From Octopus sinensis (lineage: Eukaryota): a stretch of DNA of 64,000 nucleotides. Under the pieces are notes generated by a model that saw only the letters and a list, made by a program, of their open reading frames with translations, searched no databases and was not told the DNA's origin. Location of the stretch: positions 24,750,464-24,814,463 of the forward strand of contig NC_043011.1 in assembly GCF_006345805.1 (NCBI RefSeq). Reading direction: 5' to 3'. Below, piece after piece: positions 24,901-39,377 of this stretch. A program made the translations under genes and the position numbers. Numbering within the stretch: the first letter of the stretch is position 1; every line of letters starts with the position of its first letter.

Positions 24901-25817
24901 ATGAATCTGATCTATCTATTTATTTATGAATATCTTTATTCTGCACCACCTCTGTTTGCAGCTATGGAAACCAAGTTGAAAATACAATTGAAATACAGAA
25001 CTAAAAAAATATGCTCTAGAAACTTTCATTAATTTGTAATGTTCACTGATACTTCACACGGTTTTTTTTTTTTTTTTGGTTACTGTGATGCTTGTAGTAA
25101 CAACTAATGTTAGTATTTTACAAAAGCTCTAAGTCAGAACTCAGTATGACACTATAACCAGCCATTAGTGAAAGAACACTTAGAGGGATCGAAGATGTGG
25201 ATATATTGAATGAGCCATAAATCTTAGAGTAATAGATACCAGCTGAGTATAAGAAGTATTTGTGATTAGGGATTAGAAAAATATTTGCAATTGTTTGTGA
25301 CAGACAATTGGTACTGTAAATAAACTAAATTTATGTAAATTGTTGATATTAAGATGTACTTGACATTTGTTTTGTCCACAATCTATTGTGCACTATATAT
25401 ACATATACATATTTTTTTATATTTGTCCAACCCATGCCAGCATGGGAAGAGGACGTTAAATGATGATGAGTATTATTGTATGTGTGTATATATAAATATC
25501 TCGTAGGGTGAGGTAGATGTTATTGTAAACAATACTTGTGTATAGTAAGCCCTTTAAGGAGGAAGTAGAATTGATTTTTTTTTTATTTTCATACTAGAAC
25601 CCTTCCCTTATGATGGCTAACAATAATTTTTGTCATAGTAATAAAAGGTTTAAGATTGTGAGCTTTCATATGTTATTGGTTTCATCTGTTATATACTCAA
25701 TAGTTTCTCATGTCAACACTGACTCATGAGCCATTAATAAATTACTGCTGTGTTAATAATGTCTAGTGTTAGTGCTACTCTGTACTACATTGTCTATCTA
25801 TAGATTTTAGCCAACGC

Positions 25818-25970
25818 TATGTAATAGGCATGTGTAAACACTCTTTATGTACAAGTACATTCATCTGTATAATCCCAACACAGAAATTGAAATAAGTCTG
25901 ACTGATCCCTTTTATTTTGTCCACAAAGATACTCTCTTTAAAAACAAGGTGTTTACATGCCTATTACATA
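25818..25970. repeat. Short foldback element with 22-bp inverted arms
   Basis: TATGTAATAGGCATGTGTAAACAC (25818-25841) versus GTGTTTACATGCCTATTACATA (25949-25970), perfect except for a 2-nt indel. Confidence 0.7.
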
Positions 25971-27398
25971 CAGAATTGATTAAAATATTTACATAGGCTC
26001 TGTAGCACAGGATAGCATTAAAACAAAAACACTGTTAACACACCAGAAATGTACCAAGAAAGTGTTATAAAAGCTAATTGGTTTATCCAGTTTACTTACC
26101 CGCTTTATAATAGTGGGTCTGTAAGCAATTTCCCTGGACAGTTAAAGAGGATACTCAGTTGTTGATGAAATCCCAATACAAAAATGAAACTGACAAATAT
26201 ATATTGTATATAGAGACAAGGTGTTTACATCTGTCTATTTATTACATATAGTGGTGGCAAAGCCGGTGTGCTGCTTATAGCACATATGTTGTGCAGAGAT
26301 AGTTGAACTGCCTCATTGTTTGTAGCAGCTGGCCTTCACTGAAAGGCAAGAGTGAAGTTGCTGGTGTTTCTTCTGTATAAATCCAGAGGAACAGTATTAA
26401 CTTGTTCATAATTAGCAGGTCTGTCCTCAAGAATAACTTTGTTTAGTGACTCCTCATTTATGTTATTTAAAATACCTTGCTAAAGGTTATTATGCTTAGT
26501 CCTTAATTCCATACTCTACAGCCATCTGGACCCCCCCCCCCTCATCCACATTTTTTTCTAAAATGAACCTGTAGAATTTAAAATTTAGCCTCAATCTGTC
26601 ACTACCTTTATGAGGGTCTGCTATAGCCCTTCAAGGATTAAATAATACAGGGTAAAGAAGTGGGGTCTTCACCTGGATTATCAGATTTTCGTTTGCAACA
26701 ATCAGTTCATTAGCATTTTATGGCATCTATTTTAAGTGTTAGTTAAAAGCACTCATACTGAATTAAAATTGGAGTTTCCTATTCTGTAAAGTTTACTACA
26801 TAGAATCTTTGCAGGATGAAAGGAACAATTGAAATTAGACCAGGTGTAAGACCAGATTTAAGATTTTCTAGAGTTAAAAAAATAAAAAAAATAAGCCACC
26901 CAATGTTTTAAAATTATCCAATGGAAAGTGTTGAAATATTTCTGTTTTCTGAAAACACAACCTGATCTTAAAGCCTAAATGTTTGCTCTATTTCTTAAGC
27001 TTCAAAACAAAATTAAGACAAAACGAATATTAGATAACACTATAGGTGGTATTTTTGGAAAATTCATCCCTATATGCATCTACCATGCAGTAAAGTGTGA
27101 ATTGTGTGTGTGTGTATATATGTATATATATACACACACTCACACAGTTTGGTTTAGAGGTCTCATTCTGTCTTTCATGTTTGTTCATTTATAACCCAGT
27201 AGTGTTTTGCTGTTGATGCCTCCAAATTGAACAATATTCTCAATAAGGCATTGAAATTGTGATGATTTTTTTGTCAATAACTGATGAGGGGTGAGCATGT
27301 TTATGTCCTTTGTGAGATTTTGGTGGAGTGGTTTCAGTATGTTCCTTCATTGTCCTCCTGTGCTATATCATATTCTCTGTGTGTAATATCTATCTATC

Positions 27399-27399
<1 letters not shown>

Positions 27400-27436
<37 letters not shown>
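27400..27436. repeat. (TA)n microsatellite
   Basis: Direct observation. Confidence 0.95.
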
Positions 27437-27441
<5 letters not shown>

Positions 27442-30142
27442 GAGATTACACACAGGTGCAGGTATAGGTGTGTGGTTAAGAAGTTTGCTTTGGCACTATG
27501 TGTTTATGGTTTCAGTCCCACGGTTTGGGTGCTGTCTACTGGTTTTCAATACTATGGCCACAAGTTGGGCAATATGTTGTCACTGAAATTAGTTAACAGA
27601 GTGAAAAAGCTCATCGTTTATATATATATATACACACACACACACATATATAAGGGATGGGATATATATGTTTATGTCAATGAATTCTTATTTCCCCTTG
27701 CCTTCATATGCATTGGTTGATTGTAAACAAAAGCATCACATTATACTGGTAGTATTGATTGCTTGCAGCTCACCACAAAAAAATTCTTGATGTGTTCTGC
27801 AATCTTTATAAACAAAATACACATTCCAACAGTGTCACTGTGTCCAGTTCTCTAGGTAACTATGTCTGGGCTGGTGAGTATTACTTTCTTTGGAAATAGA
27901 CGAGGGTTGGTATCAGAAAGGCACCCAACGGTAGAGAAATTCCTGTCCCACTGTAGTCTTGTCTGGTTCATGCAAGCATGAAAAAGTACCCTCTTTGTCC
28001 AGTACTTACTGACTTTAATTTTATTGTCAGATATTAAAAAATAATTGAATCTAGTTACAAAAATGTCTACACTCATATATATTACATATGTAGACATATA
28101 CATAGGTTTGGTAATGCAAACAGAAAAATATATAACTCGAATGTGAGTATATGTTTATTATTTGTAATTGGCAAACGTTAGAGAATAACTATAGGCCTGA
28201 GAGTTTTGAGAGTGTTGGCATTGCATGCGACTTTCTGCCTTTGAGTTACCTTGTAACTTCTGCCAATTATTGATAAAAAAAAATGTGTGTGTATGTCATC
28301 ATCCTTTGACAACTGTTTTCCATGCTGGTATGGGTTGGACAGTTCAACCAGAGCTGGCAAGCAGGAGAGCTGTGCCAGGTTCTTGTCTGATTTGCTTTCT
28401 AAAGTTCAGGGCTTGGTTTCTGCAGCTGGATGCTCTTCCTAATGCCAACCACTTTACTGGGTGCTTTTTACATGGCATAGGCACAAAGCTCTTGCAGACC
28501 AATCCTCTTCATAAGGGGAAGAGGCGTTAATGCTTTTGCTCTGGAGGATGAGTATTTGTACTAGGAAATGTATGCAGACAATTCTCTGTGTTACATAAAT
28601 AATGCATTCTTGAAAGTTTGGCTTATGGAATTTGATAATATGAAGCAATTTTTCCATTAAAGTTCTATAGTACCCTGAATTTTAGAAAGCCAATTGGAAA
28701 TTTCAAAAATAGGAAATGAAAAATGGATAGCTATTGGGTATTTCATAATTTTTTTCCATAAAACCATTACTCATTGATGCATGAGCACAAAAAGCAAGCC
28801 AGTCCCTAAATATACACAATTATTATCAATTTAATACAATGTTATTTCCCAGTGATTGAAGTTGACTAATATACTATAGATTTGTGAACTTTTTGAAGAA
28901 ATTAGGAACAATTATTTTTTAATAAGCAATTATAGAATTAGAGCCAATTAGTACTAAACAAAGAAAGCACTTTTACATGGTTATTTGCTAGAAATAACAG
29001 CCCTTCATCACACTAGCTATCATAATCTTATAATGCCTAAATTATCAATATTCATAAAATATTGGCAGATAAAAGCATGATTGAAAAAATTCTAATGACT
29101 GGGTATTTTCATTGCTGACATGCAATAATGTTGTTCAAACATAAATAATCCTTTGAGCTTATCCAAGCTTTCAATTTTTGTCATTTTCTTGTCATTAAAG
29201 CATAGTACTTGAAGCATCAAAAATTATTAGCCAGAGGTGTGATAGCTTTTTAAAAAGTAGGATAAAACAGGTTAGTCATAGTTGGTACGTTTTTAGTCAT
29301 AAATCTGCTGAATTCGGTTAAACAACATTAATGTTAATAAAATATTTAGTGGTGTTCTTGACAAACTACACTCCATATGTTACTAAGCTTAATTTTCCGT
29401 AGTATCTCTGAGGAAAGCAATAATTTGCTTAAATTTCAAAAACAATGAATTGCTTAATTTTATTTATATTTTGTCATTAAAAGATATTGATAATTGTTTT
29501 TATGAAACATGCTGAATTATAAGAGACTTATTCTGAAATATATCTACTTAAGAGTCGATTGCTTTAGAATGAAGAGAGTTTCTGGCTGAGTGCCAATCTA
29601 TATTGCAGGCTTTATAGCTTCTTCATACATGATAAAATAGATGTGTTAACTTACTGCAAAATTTCATGACAAATTATTGTGTTGGCAAGACGTTCCTTGT
29701 TTAAACTGCATTTATATTTGACATTAATAACCTGTTTTCCTTAAGTCGTAATTTAATAAATTATATTATACGTCTCCATCTATATATGGTACCTATGACA
29801 AGTTGCTTGTACTATATATAGAGTACAGCTACATGGTTCTGAATTGGTTTTGAATAGTCCCACTGTGTGATATCTTGGTCAAGTGTTTTCTACTATATCA
29901 TTGGATCAACCAATAACTTTTGAATGAATATGAAATCATAGATGGCCTGTGTGTGTGAGTGTGACACATTGACATCCTTTGCCTGGTGTTGCACTTGTTT
30001 ATGTCTCTTGTCGGCAATATCTGCCAAAGCTTTGCAGCTTCATCTAAAGGCCAGTGAAATAAAAATATTTTGCTCAAGAAACAAGGGTTGGTAGCAGGAT
30101 GGGACATCTGGCTGCAAAATGATGCTCAATAAGTATCTAAAC

Positions 30143-30343
30143 CAGTGCTTTTCAACCTTTTTGCTGGAGCGGAACTCCAAGGAAACATTCCACTGGCTTG
30201 AGTTACCCCTGTGCAATAATTTAATTGTCTTATGCACATATATCTGCACAGGAGAATTAAAAATTACTGTCGATTTTAGCATTTTTGTAACTTCTTGCGG
30301 AACCCCTGGACTGTACTGGCGGAACCCTGGTTGAAAACCACTG
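30143..30343. mobile_element. hAT (Charlie-like) MITE, 201 bp, nested in a SINE
   Basis: 15-bp TIRs CAGTGCTTTTCAACC / GGTTGAAAACCACTG (1 mismatch); perfect 8-bp TSD ATCTAAAC (30135-30142, 30344-30351); subterminal GCGGAAC repeats. Confidence 0.9.
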
Positions 30344-32403
30344 ATCTAAACAATGCCTGCATAGAAAAAGCAGGCTTAAAAGCAATGATGGCAGTCCATT
30401 AGTTACAACTTTCTTCTTTAAAACATTTATATGAAATTTACTGTTTCTTTAATTATTAGAATATTGTACATTGAAACAGTAAGGTCTTGTTAAAATCTTG
30501 TTTGAAGAGCTGGCAAAATAACACTAGAAAAGGTGACCCTGACCAACATTACTCTATTTTGGGTATCAGTTAAATGCAAGCATGGCTGTGTGGGTACAAA
30601 TTTCCATACATAACCCTGCGTCTCAAATCCTATGTCACTATGTGGCACCTTGGGCAAATACTTTCTACTTTAGCCTTAGGATACCCAATGCTTACTAAGT
30701 GAGATAAGTGTATAATGTCATCATCATCAGTTAATATCTGCTTTCCATGTTGGCATGGGTTATATATATATATGTATATAGGCTGTTTAAGGAAAATGTT
30801 TGTATTCCCTGTAAATAGTATATCTTGTAACTCTGTTCTTTCAAAGATTGGTGAAATAATAAATCCTTTGCTTGACTGGGCAGGCATCCAACCATAAAAT
30901 GCTGCCTCGATTTAAGTCTTCATCCAGTCCATGTTAGCATGGAAAAACAAATATAGATTGAATGAACTTAGTAATCATTACATATTGGAATAGTTGAGAG
31001 AAATAATTGAAAATTCAACATAGCCAGCTTCACATGACTGAAATGTAAACTATAATTTAGAATACTAACTGGGATTATAGTGAAAAGTATAAATAAGCAA
31101 ATCCTGCTATGCATACAATAGCATAAAATTTTTACTTTTTAATGTTTTGTATTTTCACTAGTTCTAGTTTGTGAACATTTGTATCAAAAGTTAAATTTGG
31201 GAAAAACATTGCTGACTAGAATAACATGATACCAGATATCTGTAAAAGGTGGTCTTTGTTTAAAATCAAGCTAAAAATGGACTGAAATCAAGAAAATTTA
31301 TTAATTTCCCTAATACTGATATAGAAATATGTTTGGTTCTTGTCACTTTTTATTATTGGATTGATAAAAAGACAATAGATTGGCATAATTTAATAGAACA
31401 TCAGAGAAAATGCCTTACTGTATTTAGTTGCAGTCCCTTACATTCTAAGTTGAAATCACACTGTTTTACTTTGCCTTTTATCCTTAATAAGTACCCATTG
31501 AATGAGTTTTGGGTACTTATTAAAAATGACTGTATCCATCTCTCAAAATTTTTGGCCATGTGCCTAAATCAGAAACCATTATGATTATCTTTATATTCAT
31601 AATAAAGACTGTGAGCTGGAAGAATCATTAGTGAGTTGAATAAAATGCTTACTGGCATTTCTTTGACTCTATATTCTCAACTCAAATCCCACCAAAGTCA
31701 ACTTTGCCTTTCATCCTTTTGGGGTCACCAAAATAAGGTACTGTTCAAAGTATTGAGTTTGATGTGATGAACTTATCCTCTCCCCCTTTACATTTACTGG
31801 CCTCATGTCAAAATTAGAATTATTTATCTCAAGTGCCACCAGATTCAACTTCCCTTTCCATCCTTTTGGGGGCTATAAAGTACCAGCTGATCAATGAGAT
31901 TGATATGATCAACTTACCCCTTCTCCCTAAAATTACTGGTGCTATACCAAAATTTGAAACCACCATTATTACTAATACAGATACATTTCCAAAGACTATT
32001 TCTATAGATTAACATGCACAAAATTTCTGAGATATATATTCTGTTAATTTCCTCATGGCAAATGAGAAATCTAATAGTAGCAAAAACTTTTTCCTTCTGT
32101 TACAATATAAACATATTGCAAAATGTGAGATTACCATCTCAATCACTATATGTCATTTAAGATGATATTCCCAATTATGTTTTTATAATTCTATAAATTA
32201 TGGTTTACATTAACAAGTTTGCTTATGACTTCTATCTATCTTTCATTTCTTTAGAAGCATGTATAGAGCTAAAAAAAAAAAGAAAACTATTAAATTTAAA
32301 ATTAAAAAAAAAACTATCTTTAATTTACTTGTGTATTTTGTTATGAATACTACAAATTTGCTCTTCATTTTGTGTTTCTATTCTTTTTTTCTTATACTTG
32401 TAG

Positions 32404-32571
32404 GTGTGAGCTGTGATTCCTGTTTGAAGGGCAACTTTCGTGGGAAAAGATACAAATGTCTTGTCTGCTATGATTATGATCTCTGTGCAAATTGTTATGA
32501 GGCAGGTGCCACCACAACCAGACATACTACAGATCACCCAGTCCAATGTATACTTACTAAGGCTGATTTTG
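32404..32571 (+). CDS. KCMF1: KCMF1 coding exon 2, ZZ-type zinc finger (VSCDSCLKGNFRGKRYKCLVCYDYDLCANCYEAGATTTRHTTDHPVQCILTKADF)
   Basis: TAG acceptor at 32401-32403, GTACTA donor at 32572, 168 nt. Has the ZZ cysteine/histidine pattern. Confidence 0.97.
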
Positions 32572-35500
32572 GTACTAATTTTTTTCTTTATATCTTTACC
32601 ATTGTTTATATCCTTGGATATATATGCATAATGTAATCAGTTAAGCAAATGTCAGATTAGTTTAGTATATAATTATCATGTATTCTTTTTCAGTTTAAAC
32701 TGGATTTATAATATCTTATGTTTTTGTATAATTACATTGAGCAAATTATTCTGTGCAGAATAGGTAAAACAACAATGGTAGGTACAGTCTTGACTGTGTG
32801 CTTAAGATGTTTGCTTTGTAACCAGGTGGTTTCAGGTTCAGGCCTACTGCTCACTCCTTGTCCTCTACTATAGCTTCAAGTTGACCAATGACATGTGAAC
32901 AAAATTTGGTACATGGAAAATGTATGGAAGCCTGCCATTTGTATTTGTCATCAGCATGTCATTACATGGAATTGTTCAGCTCATGGTAACAATGATTATG
33001 TCTTATATCAACAAAAGGTTTGGCAATTAATGTGAATTTAAGGAATAAATTACATTACTTGAAAATATGTAAGAGTTGATATCAGAACAGGCATGTGACC
33101 ATAGACCACTGATGCCAGTGTGGAGAAAGTAGACAAAATTAATGAAATAGTAATATTATTCAGTAATATAGAATTTGCATAAATCTGGTGTAATGGCAAC
33201 TTGTCATTAATGTTTTGTGTTTTTCTCTTCATAATCAAATTTTTTTAAAAAGTTTTAACAGTTTAAAGAAACAGTCTGTGAGAATTGCATATATATTTTT
33301 CCAACAATAATCTTTGTGTGCCAGTATCTCATACAAAGAAAAAGTACAAGTACACAATATATTTGTAGTCATATAAAAGTTGCCTAAAATGTCCTCACAT
33401 TTATCAGTTACCCTTTCCAATAACATTAGTTTCCTTAACTTTTCTTCAACCCATAACAATATTTTACACTCTTATTTAATCCATGTAGGATTCGGTGATG
33501 TCAAGGTCCAAATGTTAGTTACCTATAGGAAATTGAACTTGTCTTCGCTTTTTGTTTCAACAATTCTCAATTGTTTTATCTCTTTAAACTTATGAATCTT
33601 CTTTAAATTCTTACTGTTGTGTTGGTTCCTATTTTTGCTTCTGTTATAACAATTTCTGCTCCTCATCTCTTTTTCTACTATTATTTGTTTTCATCAAAAA
33701 TCTTTTACCAATGTACTAGCTTTCCTTTATAAAATGACATAATTATGAAACTGCTGATTTTTTTTTTCTCTCTTTGAAAATAATAATTGTATTGTCTTCA
33801 TTTGAATCTCCTATCGGCTAAGGATTTTATCTGCCCTCTCTCCTTGGAAAACAATATCAAAAAGAAAAATCTGTCAAGTTTGGGTTTGCGGTTTGGATTG
33901 TTTATTTTAGCATTGAGGTGAACAAGCCTATTAACTCCATTAATAGCGAATATTGGATCCGGTGTTTTTATCACAATTTAGTTCCAAATTTAACTTTAAT
34001 CATTTCGCTAACTTCTAAATTTGTTCATATTCTTTCCACTTGGCTTGTTAATAATAGAATTGTTTAAACAATTCTGCTGAGTAAGCATCCCTTTTATGAC
34101 CTGTGTTTGTAAGAGAACTTCCACTCAGCATTGCAGGATACTGAAAGACTCAATTATCTAGTGTCCCAGCTGCTGGCAATAGTTGTATTGTTACATAGTA
34201 TCTGTTTTTGCCTTGGTGGACTGGACCATTGAGTGCTAAGTGATTTTGCAATGGCCACTATGCATTAAATCATTTACTGGAAGTTGACTGCTAATTTTTT
34301 GGCTGGCATTAGAGAACCATTTCAACTCTCAGTAATCAAAGAATATGATTTAACCCAATCCAAAGTATCAGGCAGTAAATTAATAGAGTTAAACCATTAT
34401 ATGAAATGCTTTTCAGAATTTATTCCAGTTCCTTCCATTCTGAGTTCAAATCTACCAAGGTCTGCCTTGACTTTCATCATTTTGGGTCAATAAAATGCTA
34501 TTCTAGAGCAATGGGCTGGTAGAATTTTTAAAGCATTGGTTGAGATGCTTTTTAGTATTTGCCCTGGCTTTTTGCATTTTGAGTTCAAATCTCATCGTGG
34601 CTTACTTGGTGATAAACTTAATCTGTTATCCAGTTTATCACCACCACCTGGTCCTTAGTATCTCTAGTGGAGTCCACTTAGTTGCAAGCACTCAAATATG
34701 GGTCTCTGGTTTGAGGATACCTTCCCCATTCTCTCCCAGTTTCAGAGACTCTCAAATGATACATGAGCCCTGCCCTTACCTCCTGAATAAGTGATATAAA
34801 AAAAGAAGTGACCATCTATCTCAGTATCACAAAATTTTTCAATTTAAGCAATATAATTCATAGGTTATTGGATTGTTTACGATTCTGAACACAAAACTGT
34901 GCCAATTATATTCAGAACCTGCCAAAATGTCATTTTCCTTTTTGAGATTGTGAAAAATGCTTACATCTGAGCCTCTTGCAAAGAAAATCTCTTGTTTTGT
35001 ATTTTCAGTCTCTTAGTTTAATTGACTGACTTCCATTCCTGTAACATCATTCAGCTCCATCTAAACTATGTAACAACACATTTGTTGAAAGTCATTTTGT
35101 CACACACACCCACTCTCTCTCAGAATGTAAAAAGATCCTAATACATATATACATAAAGTGTGACCTCCTCAAAATCTTGACTAAATTCCATATTTTGTAA
35201 CCTATTTTTATCAAGATTAACAAATCTTAGAAAAACTTCATTATTAAAATGACATTACAAATCTTTCATTGTTCTTTAAATGAAAGCCTTTTTAATAGGT
35301 ATTAATTTGACATTAATCCCCCCCTCCCCTGTATTTATTTACAAAACATTAATCTTGCTTTTGACTTTCTATTTTTCACCAACCTCTGTTGTTGTATTTT
35401 GCTTTTATCCCTTTTAATCCAGATAATGAAGCTAGAGATTTTCGGCACCTCAACAGCTACTAACAAATAAAAAAGAAAAACTGTTCTTGGTTTGTGATTT

Positions 35501-35631
35501 TCATAGTGGATTGTTTTTTTTAAGCATCATGATTTCCAAAGTCCAACAATTTCCATATTTTATAGAAGTGTATTCATCATTTTTTAAATAATCTCATACA
35601 TTATTTTGCTTGTTTAATTTATAAACAATTA

Positions 35632-35985
35632 GGCACAGGCGTGTTGTAAGAAATTTGCTTCCCAACCACATGGTTCTGGGTTCAGTCCCACTGTGTTGTA
35701 CCTTGGGCAAGTATCTTCTACTACAGCCTTGGACCAACCAAAGCCTTGTGAGTGAGTTTAGTAGACAGAAACTGAAAGCCTGTTGTGTGTATGTCTGTTA
35801 GTCCCCCACCATCACTTGACAACTAGTGTGTTTACAGCCCTGTAACTTAGCAGTTCAACAAAAAAGATTAATAAAATAAGTACTAGGCTTTAAAAACATA
35901 AATCCTGGGATCAATTTGTTCGACTAAAAGCCTTTCAAGGTGGTGTCTCAGCATGGCTGCAATCAAATCACAAACAAGTTTAAAA
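35632..35985 (+). mobile_element. Full-length CORE-like SINE (tail 1) in KCMF1 intron 2
   Basis: GGCACAGGC...GGTTCAGTCCC (B box)...ACCTTGGGCAAGT...tail ending CAAACAAGTTTAAAA. Confidence 0.82.
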
Positions 35986-37959
35986 AAAAAAAGATATGGT
36001 TCAGTGACTTCTCAGAATGTTTCTATCTTAAATGATATAGTTAGTATCCATTTTCACACTGCATTATTCTGGGTTATTTCATTGAATCTCTCTCAATTTT
36101 CTTGGAAATATTTTGTAGATGGGGCTTCAGGTTTCTAAGTCCCTCTTCCCCTCTTCTTTTTTTATTTGCTTTTTAACCAAAAAAATACATTGTGTGTTTA
36201 GTTAATTGACTTCACTCATTTTTAATTTATAAAAAAATATGGTGAACTTTTCCTCTGTTCAACTTTTGAGGACATGAGTTCTGTGTTTTTTTAACTCAAC
36301 TTAGTTAAGATTCAATTTAAAAGCTATGCTGTTTTTACTATAGGTTTCAAAATATTCATGGTAGAATACAAATTAGACAAATTAACAATAAACTCTGTTC
36401 TAATTAAATGTTTGCAACATGTTTCTTCTTTTGCTTTTATAATTTGTAAACAATTAGTGTTTACTTGTATATTTCCAAATAGTGGTTGACTTACATTTTT
36501 TTAATTATTTTCTAAATGTCTCTCATTTAAATTTCTTTGTCTTCTGTTTTTGTATAGTATAGACTTTCAAATGGAAATTTGAATGCTCTACCTTTCACAA
36601 GTATTTATTAGTAATTTTAAATGTTAGTAGGTATCAATGAATAAAAGGATTATTTTAGGACTGCATAAGTAATTGAAATCTTAGTTTGTTTTCCTTTCCA
36701 CTCTTGGCTTCAAATTTTCTGTCCTAATTTCATTAAATTTAAATATTCTTATCGTTCTTTTCTCTCTTCATGTTTTGAACCTAACACTTTAACATCATAA
36801 TTTACCATTTGCCAGAATGTTCTAGTTTAATGTTTTGAATAAAAAAAAAAGTTTAAAATGTCATTGTTATTATTGAGAGGACACTGGTGATGGTTAAAAT
36901 AACAGTGGGCAGTTACATTTACTTTTCCCCTCTACTGTTTAGTGTTCTGATATTATCAGAATCTACGTTGCTTTTTGTCCCTCTAAATTGATAAAACAAA
37001 CACCAATAACATGCTGGATATGTTGGTTTATTTTGCAATTTGTTAACCATACCATCACTGGATACAAAATTCTACAAGACCACTGATTATATTTCTGATA
37101 ATGAGAGTGATAAGGGAGTGTCTAACTCAGATGACTTCATTCAAGGAGCACTGTTGTTTTGCCAATGTTTACATCCTTTACTGTGTTAAAAGAAATAATC
37201 ATATATATACCCTTTAAATTCGTTTGTAGGAAACACTTGAATATGCATATAAAAGCTTCTATATTATCATACCGGCAACAGCAGTTTTTTGGGGTTGTAC
37301 CACTTTGTGCCAATATAATATAGGACAAATATAATAATAATGATAATAATCCATGGATAGAATTTATAAATATTTTAAAGCATCACGATGCATTAAAATA
37401 TAAATTTCATCTGTGGATTGTTTGTGGCCAGTGCCAGTGCCACCTGACTGGTTCTCATGCTAGTAGCACGCAGTAGGGACAATCCATACATGGGTCATTT
37501 CCACTGCCGCCTGGCTGGCTCCCCATGCCAGTGGCACATAAAAAGCACCATTCAAACGCAGTTGATGCCAGCCCACACTCTTTTCTAAGAAAAGTACTAT
37601 TCCCCCTAGTTCTTTGTACATGTGCTGAAAGGACAGGGAAATACATTGTAAACAAAGACATTGGTACATAGGAGATGGCATTGGTCTTACGCAGCACACA
37701 CACACAATGGACTTCTTACAGTTTCCATCTACCAGTTTCACTTGAAAGGCATTGGTCAGTTTGAGGCAATAATAGGTGCCTGTCCATGGTGCTACACAGT
37801 GTAATCCAGCTTGAATCATGGTTATAAAACAAACTTCTTATCCACACAGCAATGTGTGTATCCATTTCATGAAAGTTTACTTTTCCTCTAAAATAATTAA
37901 TTGATGGTTAATGCAAGTCTGGAATGATGGTACATCGTGTGTGTGTGTGTGCATATATA

Positions 37960-39207
37960 TTGGGTTATCCCATAAATTATGCGGTTTTTTAATACTTCTT
38001 TTATTTTTCAAAATTAAAATAAATTTCTTTTTCAATCTAAAATATACTCTCCTCCATTTTCTACAATGCTCTTCCATCTATCTGGTAGACTTGCAAGGCC
38101 CCTCTTCCAAAATTCACTTGCTGTGATGAAAAATACTCCTCCAGGACTGTTCTGACCTCATCTACAAAATTCATATATTTTCTGTGCAAATGATTTTGAA
38201 TACTACAGAATAAATGATGATCAGATGGGGTAATATCCAGCGAATATGGTGGGTGGGGCATAGTTTCCCATTCAAACTGTCATCCTTACTGTATGTAGCC
38301 AAGCTTTATCCTGATGGAAGAGCACCTTTTGTCTTGAAACCAAAGATGATCATTTTTCTTCAATCACTGACTTGAGCCGCTCAAGCTGCTTGCAGTAGAT
38401 CTCCTTTCTTACCATTTGGTTAAGCTTTAAATGTTCAAAATGGACTAAACCCTTCGTAACCCACCAAACAGATAACAACTCCTTACACGGGGGAAAACCT
38501 TCTTTAGCCTGGAGTGCCAATGTTACTCCTTTCCCTACCCAATTTCCTTGGTGCTTGACATTTTCATAGAGAACTCATTTCTCTTCAACAGTCACTATTC
38601 AGTCCAAAAAAGGTTCATTTGTGAGATGTGACAGCAAAGAAGAGCACACATTCACTCTCTGCACATGTTTAGACTTGGAAAGTTTGTGAGGAACCCATTG
38701 ACCTAATTTGCTGACTTTTCCAATGGCACGCAGATATCGATGAATGGTTGAATGACCAAATCCAATCTTCTCTGCCAGTTCCTCAACAGTTATGATGGGA
38801 TTTTGTTCCACCAAGGTTTGCAGGACATCCTCGTCATGCTCTACAGATCTTCCAGGACAAGGCTCATCTTCTAGTCTGTAGTTTCCTGCTCAAAATTTCT
38901 GGAACCACTGTTGACACTGGCTTACGCTTATTGTCTGATCCCCATATACTGCTTTAATATTTCTCATACTTTCCATTGTGTTGTTGCCTTTATTGAACTC
39001 ATAAAGCAAAATATGCCGAATATGCTCCTTTGTCATTTCCATTATAGCTTTGAAAAAATAACTGTTAAAATCAAACTGCACTCTTCAAAACTTGCACTAA
39101 AAATCAATACAAGGTAAAATTACTACCTGCTTTCATAAGTTGATGCAGGTAGTTTATCCTCTCCTCCTTCAATTTTTAGTCCATGCAGTTGAGAAAACCA
39201 CATTATT
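37960..39207 (-). mobile_element. Mariner (Tc1/mariner, D,D34D) element copy A, decayed, in KCMF1 intron 2
   Basis: Left TIR TTGGGTTATCCCATAAATTATGCGGTTTTT follows TA; the right TIR is degenerate near 39190-39207. Transposase remnants run ~39042 to 38032 (MEMTKEHIRH..., FLD*IVTVEEK*, HPPYSLDITPSD) with stops and frameshifts. Confidence 0.93.
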
Positions 39208-39236
39208 TATGGAATTACACACACATATATATTAGT

Positions 39237-39377
39237 CTTTTAGCATTCAGATTACCGTTGAATGTAATATTTATTTATTCACATTGTTTTGAATTAACCA
39301 TACATTATCTTGTAGCTTCAAAATTTCAATGACGATTATTTTTAGAATGACATTGTAGGTTTGGTGTGAGGGGTTAA
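39237..39377 (+). mobile_element. Same TTAA MITE family, internally deleted copy next to mariner A
   Basis: TTTAGCATTCAGATTAC...TTTTAGAATGACATTGTAGG...GGGG-TTAA. Confidence 0.65.
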
